Positions 26,507 through 35,524 of a DNA stretch of 64,000 nt are shown here, piece after piece; the first letter of the stretch is position 1, and each line of letters opens with the position of its first letter. The notes beneath the pieces are model-generated. The model was given only the letters and a program-made list of their open reading frames with translations, was not told where the DNA came from and made no database searches. The position numbers were made by a program, and so were the translations under genes. The stretch comes from Candidatus Limnocylindrales bacterium (lineage in GTDB: Bacteria; Chloroflexota; Limnocylindria; Limnocylindrales; CSP1-4), in NCBI GenBank assembly GCA_035692005.1, contig DASSII010000029.1:24077-88076 (forward strand). Direction: 5' to 3'.

Positions 26507-27339
26507 AGCCCGACTGCCCGGCGGGCCATCTGGATCGCCGTCCAGACGAGCACCAGCACGAACAGGGCACGCAGGATCCGGACATCGACGCGGCCGCTGA
26601 TGCGCGACCCGATGCTCGCCCCCACGAACACGCCGACCACGGTCGGCCCGGCGATGTACGGATCGACCGCTCCGCGCAGGAAGTAGATGATCGCCGATGC
26701 GACGGCGGTCACGCCGATCATCAGGTTGGAGGTCGCCGCGGCCACACGCAGCGACGTGCCCATGATCAGGTGCATGGTCGGGACGTTGATCGCGCCACCA
26801 CCGACCCCGAGCAGCGCGGACAGGACGCCAGCCCCGAGCGAGGCCACCGACGCCGGCACGAGCCGGCGGACGACATAGTCGGGCCCGGCCAGGGCGCTGG
26901 TCGCTCGCTCCAGCCGGGTCGTGGCCCGGGCCGGTTGGGAGCCGTCGGCCAGGACCGCCGGGCCGTCGGCGTCAGCCGGATCGCGTCGGCGGATCATCGT
27001 GAACGCGACGTACCCGAGCAGGATGGCGAACAGGGCCGTCAGCACCCGTTCGGGCAACAGGAACGCGACGATGCCTCCGACGAGCGCACCGATGGTCGTG
27101 AACAGGACCAGGACCATCCCCAACCGCAGGTTGGCGAGGCGGGAGCGAAGGTAGGCGCCGGCAGCCGCGCTCGAGGTCGCGATCACGCACACCAGCGACA
27201 CGGCGACGGCCTCGCGCAACGGGCGCCCGAAGCCGAGGGTCAGCAGCGGGACGATGAGGATCCCGCCGCCAAGGCCGAGCAGCGACCCGAACAGGCCGGC
27301 GACCGCCCCGCCAGCGACCAGCAGCAGGCCGATGCCCAC
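26503..27339 (-). CDS. TSUP (TauE/SafE) family anion exporter
   Basis: 278 aa, polytopic, with an internal duplication carrying LLGLGGGILIVP and LLGVGGGAINVP. Confidence 0.85.
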   Translation of the reverse strand: MGIGLLLVAGGAVAGLFGSLLGLGGGILIVPLLTLGFGRPLREAVAVSLVCVIATSSAAAGAYLRSRLANLRLGMVLVLFTTIGALVGGIVAFLLPERVLTALFAILLGYVAFTMIRRRDPADADGPAVLADGSQPARATTRLERATSALAGPDYVVRRLVPASVASLGAGVLSALLGVGGGAINVPTMHLIMGTSLRVAAATSNLMIGVTAVASAIIYFLRGAVDPYIAGPTVVGVFVGASIGSRISGRVDVRILRALFVLVLVWTAIQMARRAVGL

Positions 27340-27390
27340 CTCAGCTGCGTGCCGGGCGGGGCAGCGGGCGTGCCGGCATCCCGGTCGGGA

Positions 27391-27660
27391 CTACGGGCGG
27401 AGGTGCTGTGGTGCGTACGGCAGGAGCGCGACGTGTCGGGCGCGCTTGAGCGCCACGGCAAGTTCGCGCTGGTGTCCGGCGCACGTGCCGGTCTTGCGTC
27501 GGGGCTCGATCTTGGCGCGTTCCGAGAGGTAGCGCCGGAGGCGGTTGACCTCCTTGTAGTCGATCAGGGTGGTCTTGTCGGCACAGAAGGCGCAGACCTT
27601 GCGGCGACGCCGGTCGCGGTAGAAGTCGTCGCGCTTGCGGGATCGTGCGGCGGGAGGCAT
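27391..27660 (-). CDS. rpsR: 30S ribosomal protein S18
   Basis: [60 protein letters not shown]. Confidence 0.95.
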   Translation of the reverse strand: MPPAARSRKRDDFYRDRRRRKVCAFCADKTTLIDYKEVNRLRRYLSERAKIEPRRKTGTCAGHQRELAVALKRARHVALLPYAPQHLRP

Positions 27661-27680
27661 GGGTCTTGTCGTTCTCCTGG

Positions 27681-28154
27681 TCAGAAGGGAAGGTCGTCGA
27701 GGTCGGTGTCGTCAGACGGGGCGCGCGTCGGTCGCACCGCCGCTCCGCCGCCGCCAGGACCGCCGGCGGAACCGGCCGATCCCCCGGCGTTGCCGCCGAA
27801 CGATCCCTCGTCGTCGCGTGGCGGGCGGGCCATCGAGATGACGTTGTCAGCCGTGACCTCGAGCGACACGCGCTTCTGGCCGTCCTTGGCTTCGTACTCG
27901 CGGGTCTTGAACCGACCTTCGACGAACACCCGGTTGCCCTTGTGGAACTCCTCGGCCGCTCGTTCGGCGCGGTCGCCCCAGATGCTCACGCGATACCAGT
28001 CGGTGCCCTGGTCGGCCCACTCCCCGGTCTGGGGATCGCGGCCGCGATGGGTGACCGCGACGCTGAACTCGGTCACCGGTCGCCCGTTGGGCGTGTAGCG
28101 CATCTCCGGATCACGGCCGAGATTGCCGATGAACATCACCTTGCTGAAAGCCAT
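27681..28154 (-). CDS. ssb: Single-stranded DNA-binding protein
   Basis: OB fold [27 protein letters not shown]..., a Gly-rich linker and an acidic tail DDLPF. Confidence 0.95.
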   Translation of the reverse strand: MAFSKVMFIGNLGRDPEMRYTPNGRPVTEFSVAVTHRGRDPQTGEWADQGTDWYRVSIWGDRAERAAEEFHKGNRVFVEGRFKTREYEAKDGQKRVSLEVTADNVISMARPPRDDEGSFGGNAGGSAGSAGGPGGGGAAVRPTRAPSDDTDLDDLPF

Positions 28155-28165
28155 CGGTGCGCTCC

Positions 28166-28612
28166 TCAGTCGATCGCGGCCGGGGCCGCTTCGCTCTCGT
28201 CCTCGCCGATCCGTTCGCCTCGATCGTCGGACTCGTCCTCGTCATCGTCCATGCGCGGCAGGTCGCCGTCCTCGCCGTCCTCCGCGCCATCCGTCTCCCC
28301 GTCCTCGCGGCGGGCGGCCTTCGGCGGGCGCTCGTCGCGGGTGAGAAGGTGACGCAGGACCTCTTCGGTGATGAGCATGCTGTGCTCGAGCTCGACGAGC
28401 GAGTCGGCGGGCGCCTGGAACAGGATGATGTGATACGAGCCCTCGCGGTAGCGGTCGATCGGATAGGCCAATCGGCGACGACCCCACGGGGCGACCTTGA
28501 CGATCTGCCCGCCGCTGGCGGTGATCTGTCGGGTGATGCGGTCGATGACCGCCTGGCTGCGATCGTCCGGGACGTCAGGACGGATCACGAGCATGAGTTC
28601 GTATCGGCGCAT
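28166..28612 (-). CDS. rpsF: 30S ribosomal protein S6 with an acidic C-terminal tail
   Basis: MRRYELMLVIRPD...VKVAPWGRRRLAYPI from ATG 28612, with GAAGGAG upstream. Confidence 0.9.
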   Translation of the reverse strand: MRRYELMLVIRPDVPDDRSQAVIDRITRQITASGGQIVKVAPWGRRRLAYPIDRYREGSYHIILFQAPADSLVELEHSMLITEEVLRHLLTRDERPPKAARREDGETDGAEDGEDGDLPRMDDDEDESDDRGERIGEDESEAAPAAID

Positions 28613-28695
28613 GCGCGCACTAACTCCTTCCAATGGGAATGCCCCGTTGACGTCGGCTGGACCGATCGATGCGGAGCGGAAAGGAAACCGGCGGT

Positions 28696-28704
28696 AGTCT
28701 AGCA
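28696..28704 (-). promoter_or_regulatory. Candidate extended -10 promoter (TGCTAGACT) for rpsF-ssb-rpsR
   Basis: The minus strand reads TGCTAGACTACCGCC, a 12/15 match to the rpmB box TGCTATCATACCGCC. It would give a leader of about 77 nt. Confidence 0.45.
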
Positions 28705-28815
28705 CGGCACCGCCGGACCACCTGCCGTCGTGCGCGACCCCCCGCGTTGTATCCTCACCCGATCCTCCCGCCCGGACACGCCCCCTCGCCGGCGAACGAT
28801 CATCCCGGAGGCCCC

Positions 28816-30048
28816 TTGCCCGCCGCCACCATCCTCATCATCGAATCGCCCAAGACCGGTGATGCGTCGCTCGAGCCGATCCTGACGACGGCCGGCTACA
28901 CGGTCACCCGCTCCACCGATCCCGACGACGCCCTGGCCAAGGTCGCCGAACACCAGCTGGCCATCGTCGACATCGGGACCGCTTCGAACCGAGGCAAGAC
29001 CGGCATCGACGTCTGCCGCGAGATCCGCGCGACGCCGTCGATGGCGGCCGTGCCGATCCTGTGCGTCGCGACCAGCGACGATGTCGAGGAGCGCATCAGC
29101 TACCTCGAGGCCGGTGCCGACGACGTCGTGGCCCGACCGTTCGACGCGCGCGAGGTCGAGGCCCGGATCGATGCCCTGCTCCTGCGCTTCCAGCGCTCGA
29201 AGGAGCTCGCGCCGATCGTGTCGGCAGACGGCCTGACCCTCGCCAAGGCCCGACGGACGATCGCGGTCTACAGCCCGAAGGGCGGCGTCGGGACGACGAC
29301 CATCGCCACGAACATCGCCGTGGTCGCGGCTGGACGGCGTCGGGACCGGGTGGTGCTCGTCGACCTGGACCTCCAGTTCGGCGGGGTCGCCACCCACCTG
29401 AACCTGGATCCGAAGCAGACGCTGGCCGACGTCGTCCGCGACGAAGCCGCGCTGCGGGAGCCCGAGCTGCTGCGCACCTATGCGATGCGCCACGACAGCG
29501 GACTGCACGTCCTGGCCGCCCCGGCCACCCCGGAGGCAGCCGAGTTGATCACGCCCGACCATGTGGCCCACCTGCTCGGGACCCTGCTCGAGGCGTACGA
29601 CGCGATCGTCATCGACGCCGGCTCCGTGCTCGACGGGCGGGCCCTGTCGGTGTTCGAGGCGGCCGAGACGATCGTGCTGCCGGTCTATCCCGAGATGACC
29701 GCGCTCAAGGCGATGCACGGCCTGCTCGACTACCTCAACGAGGCCGGCACGATCGGCGCCAAGGCCACCTTCGTCCTCAACAACATGTTCGCGCGCGACA
29801 TCCTGAAGCCGCGCGACATCGAGGCCGTGCTCGGGACGAAGATCTCGACGGACCTGCCGTACGACCCGTTCCTGTACCTCAAGGCGGTCAACGAGGGCGT
29901 GCCCGTCGTCCTCGGCGCCCCGCGCTCACCCGCCGCAGAACAGCTGGTCAAGCTGAGTGCCGCCGCGTTCGGATCGGAGGGCTACGTCGTGCCACCGGCA
30001 CCGGCCCAGCGTCGGGGCGGCCTGTTCGGCCGGCGTCGGCGAGGCTGA
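28816..30048 (+). CDS. TadZ/CpaE-like MinD/ParA-family ATPase with an N-terminal degenerate receiver domain
   Basis: TTG 28816, with GGAG 5 nt upstream. The receiver-like domain ILIIES...LAIVDIG...CVATS...ARPF is followed by IAVYSPKGGVGTTTIATN and a ParA/MinD-like body. Confidence 0.8.
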   Translation: MPAATILIIESPKTGDASLEPILTTAGYTVTRSTDPDDALAKVAEHQLAIVDIGTASNRGKTGIDVCREIRATPSMAAVPILCVATSDDVEERISYLEAGADDVVARPFDAREVEARIDALLLRFQRSKELAPIVSADGLTLAKARRTIAVYSPKGGVGTTTIATNIAVVAAGRRRDRVVLVDLDLQFGGVATHLNLDPKQTLADVVRDEAALREPELLRTYAMRHDSGLHVLAAPATPEAAELITPDHVAHLLGTLLEAYDAIVIDAGSVLDGRALSVFEAAETIVLPVYPEMTALKAMHGLLDYLNEAGTIGAKATFVLNNMFARDILKPRDIEAVLGTKISTDLPYDPFLYLKAVNEGVPVVLGAPRSPAAEQLVKLSAAAFGSEGYVVPPAPAQRRGGLFGRRRRG

Positions 30049-30093
30049 GCTCGCGCGTTCGATACCGACGTCGGGCCTGCGTCGCCCGCGCGA

Positions 30094-30123
30094 CCATCGA
30101 TCGACCAGGATGCCGATCGATGG
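30094..30123. terminator. Candidate hairpin (10-bp stem CCATCGATCG/CGATCGATGG) between the convergent TadZ-like gene and tRNA-Leu
   Basis: Perfect 10-bp inverted repeat with a 10-nt loop, read directly. No U-tract. Confidence 0.35.
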
Positions 30124-30129
30124 CGATCA

Positions 30130-30215
30130 TGGTGCCGGAGCCGAGATTCGAACTCGGATGCCCTTGCGGGCCGCGGAGTTTAAGTCCGCTGCGTCTGCCG
30201 TTCCGCCACTCCGGC
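30130..30215 (-). tRNA. tRNA-Leu (anticodon TAA), CCA encoded
   Basis: The reverse complement folds as a cloverleaf: GCCGGAG acceptor, anticodon stem GCGGA/TCCGC with loop CTTAAAC, long variable arm, GGTTCGAATCC T-arm, ending ACCA. Confidence 0.9.
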
Positions 30216-30285
30216 CGGATGTCATCCTAGCCTCTCGAGTCGCCACCCAGCCGCGCTCGCTCCGTGGCGGCCGCAGTCTGGGTCG

Positions 30286-31011
30286 TCAGCGGTCGCGCTC
30301 GAGACCGTGGCGGATGGCGTAGCGGGTCAACCCGTTGATGCCGCGCACGCCGAGCTTGTCCGACAGGTTGGCGATGTGCCGGCGGACGGTGTGGATGCTG
30401 ATGCCGAGGGCCGCCGCGATCGCGGCGGGCGCGTGCCCTGATGCCAGCAGCCCAAGGATCTCCCGCTCGCGGTCGCTCATCCGACCCGTGCGCAGCCACC
30501 GGATCGAGTCGTCGACGATCGCCGCCGTGACGACGCTATGGAGATAGCGCTCGCCGCGGGCGACGGCCCGGATGGCATCGACCAGTTCGTGGGAGTGGGC
30601 GCCCTTGACCACGTAGCCGGAGGCACCCGCGGTCAGCGCCTCGCGGACGGTCTCGGCGTCGTTGTGCATCGTCACGACGAGCACCCTGAGGTCCGGCGCG
30701 AGGGCCCGGAGCGCCCGAACAAGCTGCAGGCCATCACCCTCCGGAAAGGTCACGTCGAGTAACAGCACATCCGGCTTCGTCCTCTCGACGAGTTCGAACG
30801 CGGCCGACTGGGTGGCCGCCTCGCCGACCACGTCGAAGTCATCCGCCGCGGACAAGACGAGGCGCAATCCCTCGCGGATCAGGTGGTGATCATCGGCCAT
30901 GGCGACCCGGATCCGACGATCGCTCGGCCAATGGGCGGGCTGGGACGGGCGGAGCACGGGCGGCGGAGCCGCCGACGATCCACCGGCGTCGGCCGAGCGC
31001 AAGGTCGTCAT
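30286..31011 (-). CDS. NarL/LuxR-family response regulator
   Basis: Receiver domain (IRVAMADDHHLIREG...DVLLLDVTFPEGDG...) plus a LuxR helix-turn-helix (REREILGLLASGHAPAAIAAALGISIHTVRRHIANLSDKLGV). ATG 31011 forms an ATGA overlap with the kinase stop. Confidence 0.9.
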   Translation of the reverse strand: MTTLRSADAGGSSAAPPPVLRPSQPAHWPSDRRIRVAMADDHHLIREGLRLVLSAADDFDVVGEAATQSAAFELVERTKPDVLLLDVTFPEGDGLQLVRALRALAPDLRVLVVTMHNDAETVREALTAGASGYVVKGAHSHELVDAIRAVARGERYLHSVVTAAIVDDSIRWLRTGRMSDREREILGLLASGHAPAAIAAALGISIHTVRRHIANLSDKLGVRGINGLTRYAIRHGLERDR

Positions 31012-32108
31012 CGGAGCTTCTCCCCCACTCCGCTGAACGCGAGCCCGGCGGTCGAGGGCCTCGGCCGGGCCGCATCCGGGACGAGCAGCTCGACGGTCGT
31101 GCCGGCGCCCGCCGTCGACCTCACCTCGAGCTCGCCGTTGAGCATCATCGCCCGTTCGCGCATGCCGGCCAGACCCAGCCCTCGCTCGGTCGCGGACTCG
31201 TCGAAGCCGACCCCATCGTCGCCGATGACGAGGCGGAGCCACGAACCTTCCGATCGGCCGTCGATCCAGACCGATCGGGCAAGGCTGTGGCGCGCCGCGT
31301 TCCCGACCGCCTCCTGGACGATCCGATAGACCTCGATCTCGCGTTCGGGCTCGAACCGCCCTGGGGGCAGTGAGCCGGGTTCCAGCCTGACATCGACCGG
31401 GAGGCCCGCCGTCAACGCCAGGTTGCGGATGGCCGCGCCGAGGCCGATCTCGTGGATCCGGGCCGGTCGTAGCCGTGCCGCCACATCGCGGACCTCATCG
31501 AGGGCATCGGTCGCGAGTGTCTGGGCGCGTCGGAGCGATGCGAGCGCGTGATCCGTCGGCACGGACGACGCCGAGCGCAGCTCGGCCTCGGCGGCGTCGA
31601 GCGTGAGGACCATCGCGGTGAGGGTCTGGCCGACCCCGTCGTGCAGGTCGCGGGCCACGCGTCCTCGCTCGTCCTCGTTCGCGGTGAGGAGTCGATCGCT
31701 TGCCTGCCGATACAACCCCGCGTAGCGGCGCGCCGAGGTCGCGATCAGATCGGCGAGGAAGGCCACGATGATGCCGATGCCCGCCATCAGCGGCCATTCG
31801 ACGTAGTCCATCGTGTCCATCGGCTCGAACGGCTCGAGCCGAAGCCGAAGGCTGACGAAGGCATGCGCCGGGACCAGCGCGCCGACCAGCGCGATGCGGG
31901 CCAGAGCCACCTTGAGCCCGTACAGGAACGCGCCGATCCCGATCGTCACCCAGAGCGCCTGAAGCAGGACCTCCGGATCGGCCAGTCCCGCGAAAAGCGC
32001 AACCGCCAGGGCGACGGTCCCGACATCAAGCAGTCGGCGGGTCCGGACCGACCCGAGACGAGGACCGCGACCGATCCGACCGCTTCTCGGCGATGCCCCC
32101 ATGGTCAT
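31008..32108 (-). CDS. HisKA_3-type sensor histidine kinase with a membrane-embedded N-terminus and no evident extracytoplasmic domain
   Basis: 366 aa from ATG 32108 with about four N-terminal transmembrane segments, H-box ERGRVARDLHDGVGQTL, and ATPase boxes QEAVGNAARHS, DDGVGF, GLGLAGMRERA. Confidence 0.9.
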   Translation of the reverse strand: MTMGASPRSGRIGRGPRLGSVRTRRLLDVGTVALAVALFAGLADPEVLLQALWVTIGIGAFLYGLKVALARIALVGALVPAHAFVSLRLRLEPFEPMDTMDYVEWPLMAGIGIIVAFLADLIATSARRYAGLYRQASDRLLTANEDERGRVARDLHDGVGQTLTAMVLTLDAAEAELRSASSVPTDHALASLRRAQTLATDALDEVRDVAARLRPARIHEIGLGAAIRNLALTAGLPVDVRLEPGSLPPGRFEPEREIEVYRIVQEAVGNAARHSLARSVWIDGRSEGSWLRLVIGDDGVGFDESATERGLGLAGMRERAMMLNGELEVRSTAGAGTTVELLVPDAARPRPSTAGLAFSGVGEKLR

Positions 32109-32128
32109 CGACTGCGCCTCGAATGATT

Positions 32129-32143
32129 GGAATTGGGTATTCC
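32129..32143. promoter_or_regulatory. Inverted repeat GGAAT-TGGGT-ATTCC in the AT-richest patch of the kinase/RND divergent spacer (candidate operator)
   Basis: Read directly. It lies 21 nt from the kinase ATG and about 190 nt upstream of the RND ATG; the locally AT-rich sequence gaatgattggaattgggtattcc surrounds it. Confidence 0.3.
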
Positions 32144-32334
32144 CGCGCCCGATATGCCTGCCGATGATGCCGCTGCCGGACGGTGGAGTCCGGTGTGGAA
32201 GCAGCACGTTACTCGACGAGCGTCGCGTGGCGTGGGGGCAAGTGGGGGAGCACGGTGCTCGGACGCACCGCTGAATCGGTTCGGACCGCGGGATCCCCCG
32301 GCAGGACCGGACCGCGAGGGGAAGGAACCGCACC

Positions 32335-35300
32335 ATGATGCGCTGGCTCGTGGGCTGGAGCGTGAAGTTCCGGCTGCTCGTCATCGGGATCGCCGCCGCT
32401 CTGCTGCTCCTGGGCGGAACGCAACTGCGCCAAGCTCGTGTGGACGTGCTGCCGGAGTTCACCCCGCCGTACGTCGAGGTCCAGACCGAGGCGCTCGGGC
32501 TGTCGGCCGAGGAGGTCGAGGAGTTGGTGACGATCCCGCTGGAGGCCGACCTGCTCAACGGGGTGGCATTCCTTGACGAGATCCGCTCCCGGTCGATCAC
32601 TGGCCTGTCGTCCATCGTGATGACGTTCGAGCCGGGGACAGACATCTTCCGGGCTCGCCAAGTCGTGGCCGAGCGACTCACCCAGGCCCATGCCCTGCCG
32701 AATGTCTCCCGACCGCCTGCGATGCTCCAGCCACTCTCGACCGAGAACCGGATCATGATGGTCGGACTGCGCTCGACCGATCGGTCGCTGATCGACATGT
32801 CCGTGTTGGCCCGCTGGACGATCCGCCCCCGATTGATGGGGGTCCCGGGAGTTGCCAACGTGGCCATCTGGGGCCAGCGCGAGCGCCAGCTGCAGGTTCT
32901 GGTCGACCCGGCGGAGCTCAACCGCAAGGGGGTCACCCTCGATTCGATCATCCGGACCACCGGCAACGCCCTGTGGGTCTCGCCGCTGACATTCCTGGAG
33001 GCATCGACGCCCGGGACGGGCGGCTTCATCGACACCCCGAACCAGCGCCTGGGGATCCAGCACATCTCGCCGATCCGCACGTCGGACGACCTGTCGCGGG
33101 TCGTGATCGTCGACCGCGACGGCAAGGCTTCGGACCAGCGGCTGGGCGACGTCGCGGCCGTGATCGAGGATCACCAGCCGCTGATCGGCGATGCCGTGGT
33201 CGGTGATGGCCAGGGCCTGATGCTCGTCATCGAGAAGTTCCCCGGCGTCAACACCCTCGAGGTCACCCGCGACGTCGAAGCGGCGCTTCAAGCGATGGCA
33301 CCCGGACTCGGTGGGATCGACGTCGACACGACCCTGTTCCGCCCGGCCAACTTCATCGAGGCCTCCATCGGGAACGTGTCGCTCGCGCTGCTCATCGGGT
33401 TCGTGCTGATCGCCCTGATGCTGGGCGCCCTGCTCTTCGACTGGCGAGCCGCAGCCATCAGCCTCGTGACGATCCCGCTGTCGATCGCCGTCGCGGCACT
33501 CGTCCTGCATCTCAGCGGCGCGTCGATCAACGCGCTGATGCTGGCTGGTCTGATCGTCGCCATCGGGGTCGTCGTCGACGATGCCGCGGGCAGCGTCGAA
33601 AGCGTCCTCCATCGATTCCGGGAGCCCCAGGCCGGTGATACCGAGCGATCCCGGGCATCGCTGGTCGTCGAGGCGACCCTCGAAGGACGCCGGCCGATCG
33701 TCTACGCGACGCTCATCGTGCTAGTCGCCCTGGTCCCGGTGTTCTTCATCGGCGGAGCCGCCAGCGCCTTCCTGCCATCCCTGGCGCTGGCCTACGGCGT
33801 CGCCGTCCTCGCCTCCATGGTCGTGGCGCTGACGCTCACGCCCGCCCTGGCGGTCCTGCTGCTGTCGCGCGGCTCGGCCGAGCGTCACGAGTCCCCGATC
33901 CTGGCGAGGATCCGGGGTACGTATGGTGCCGGGCTGTCCAGCCTCGTCCAGCGCGTCCCGACAGGGATGCTGACCGGCGCCGTCGCGCTGCTCGGGATCG
34001 TCGCCATCGTCGGCGTCCTGGCCCTGCCGCGCAACGGCGATTCGGTCCTGCCGTCCTTCAAGGCCCGCGAGGTCCTCATCCACTGGGACGGCGCTGCCGG
34101 AACGTCGCATCCCGAGATGGCCCGCGTGGTAACGGCCGCGTCCCAGGAGCTGCGCACGGTCGACGGCGTCCGCAATGTCGGCGGGCACATCGGCCGAGCG
34201 ATCCTGTCCGACGCCGTCGTCGGCGTCGACTCGGGCGAGATCTGGGTCACGATCGACTCCGGGGCCGATTATCAGCGTACGCGGGCCGCGATCGAGGACG
34301 TGGTCAACGGCTACCCGGGCCTCGGCACGGCGGTCATCACCTATCCTGAAGACCGGATCGCCGAGGTCCTGTCGGGATCCGATCATGACGTCGTCGTGCG
34401 GGTCTACGGGCAGGACGCGACGGTCCTCGGTGAGCGAGCGGAACAGGTGCGTTCGTCGCTCGCCGGAGTGTCGGGCATCGTCGACCCGGCCATCGACGCC
34501 GAGACCCAGGAGCCGGCGGTCGAGATCGCGATGGATCTTGAGGCGGCCAGCCGCCACGGCCTCAAGGCCGGCGATGTCAGGCGCACGGCGACGACGCTGT
34601 TGTCCGGTATCGAAGTCGGCCTGCTGTTCGAAGACCAGAAGATCTTCGAGGTGGTCGTGTGGGGCACGCCCACCCTCCGGACCAGTGTCGACACCATCCG
34701 TGATCTGCTGATCGAGACGCCCGACGGTGGGCTGGTTCGCCTCGACGAGGTCGCCGACGTCTCGGTGGCGCCGGCGCTCAGCGTGATCAACCGCGAAGGG
34801 GTCATGCGCTATGTCGACGTCGGGGCCGGGATCAGCGGGCGCGATGTCGGGTCGGTCCTCGATGACGTCCGAGCCGCCGTTGCCAGCGTCCCGTTCCCAC
34901 TCGAGTATCACGCCGAGGTGTTCAGCGAGGCGGCGACTCGCCAGGATGCCCAGACGACGCTGCTGCTCGTCCTGGTCGGCATGGCGCTGCTCATCTTCCT
35001 CCTGCTCCAGGCCGCGTTCGGTAGCTGGCGGCTGGCGGTGATGGTCTTCGCCACCCTGCCGGCAGCCCTCATCGGCGGGATCCTGGCAGGACAGCTGGCT
35101 GGTTCGCTCATCAGCATCGGGTCGCTCGCGGGCCTGTTCGTGATCCTGGCGATCAGCGTTCGGACGGGCGTCGCGCTGATCGACCACTACCAGCGCCTGG
35201 AGCGCGCTCAGGGCGAGTCGTTCGGGATAGCCACCATCCTGCGCGGTGCCCAGGATCGCCTGGGCCCGACCCTGATCACCGCGCTCGGCACCGCGCTCGG

Positions 35301-35511
35301 CGTGCTGCCGTTCCTCGTGCTCGGAGATGTCGCCGGGCTCGAGATCATCCGACCGATGGCGATCTTCGTCCTCGGCGGACTCATCACCTCGACCCTGCTG
35401 ACGTTGCTGGTCTTCCCGGCCATGTACCTGCGGTCCGGCCCAAGCGTGGCGACCGACACCGATGCACTGTCGACCGAACAGCAGCCGGCCTTCGAGCCGA
35501 CCACGGCGTAG
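32335..35511 (+). CDS. RND superfamily efflux permease, paralog 1 (CusA/CzcA-like N-terminus)
   Basis: 1058 aa, 12-transmembrane/two-large-loop RND layout. N-terminus VDVLPEFTPPYVEVQTEALGLSAEEVEELVTIPLE. TM4 GVVVDDAAGSVESV, TM10-region AISVRTGVALIDHY. Confidence 0.9.
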   Translation: MMRWLVGWSVKFRLLVIGIAAALLLLGGTQLRQARVDVLPEFTPPYVEVQTEALGLSAEEVEELVTIPLEADLLNGVAFLDEIRSRSITGLSSIVMTFEPGTDIFRARQVVAERLTQAHALPNVSRPPAMLQPLSTENRIMMVGLRSTDRSLIDMSVLARWTIRPRLMGVPGVANVAIWGQRERQLQVLVDPAELNRKGVTLDSIIRTTGNALWVSPLTFLEASTPGTGGFIDTPNQRLGIQHISPIRTSDDLSRVVIVDRDGKASDQRLGDVAAVIEDHQPLIGDAVVGDGQGLMLVIEKFPGVNTLEVTRDVEAALQAMAPGLGGIDVDTTLFRPANFIEASIGNVSLALLIGFVLIALMLGALLFDWRAAAISLVTIPLSIAVAALVLHLSGASINALMLAGLIVAIGVVVDDAAGSVESVLHRFREPQAGDTERSRASLVVEATLEGRRPIVYATLIVLVALVPVFFIGGAASAFLPSLALAYGVAVLASMVVALTLTPALAVLLLSRGSAERHESPILARIRGTYGAGLSSLVQRVPTGMLTGAVALLGIVAIVGVLALPRNGDSVLPSFKAREVLIHWDGAAGTSHPEMARVVTAASQELRTVDGVRNVGGHIGRAILSDAVVGVDSGEIWVTIDSGADYQRTRAAIEDVVNGYPGLGTAVITYPEDRIAEVLSGSDHDVVVRVYGQDATVLGERAEQVRSSLAGVSGIVDPAIDAETQEPAVEIAMDLEAASRHGLKAGDVRRTATTLLSGIEVGLLFEDQKIFEVVVWGTPTLRTSVDTIRDLLIETPDGGLVRLDEVADVSVAPALSVINREGVMRYVDVGAGISGRDVGSVLDDVRAAVASVPFPLEYHAEVFSEAATRQDAQTTLLLVLVGMALLIFLLLQAAFGSWRLAVMVFATLPAALIGGILAGQLAGSLISIGSLAGLFVILAISVRTGVALIDHYQRLERAQGESFGIATILRGAQDRLGPTLITALGTALGVLPFLVLGDVAGLEIIRPMAIFVLGGLITSTLLTLLVFPAMYLRSGPSVATDTDALSTEQQPAFEPTTA

Positions 35512-35524
35512 GGGAGGACATCGG

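Noticed and set aside
28613-28695. Possible S6:S18-binding leader structure in the ~77-nt rpsF 5' region.
   Set aside because: Such an autoregulatory leader is described in the literature, but I cannot confirm its conserved helices by eye. It would need a covariance-model scan.
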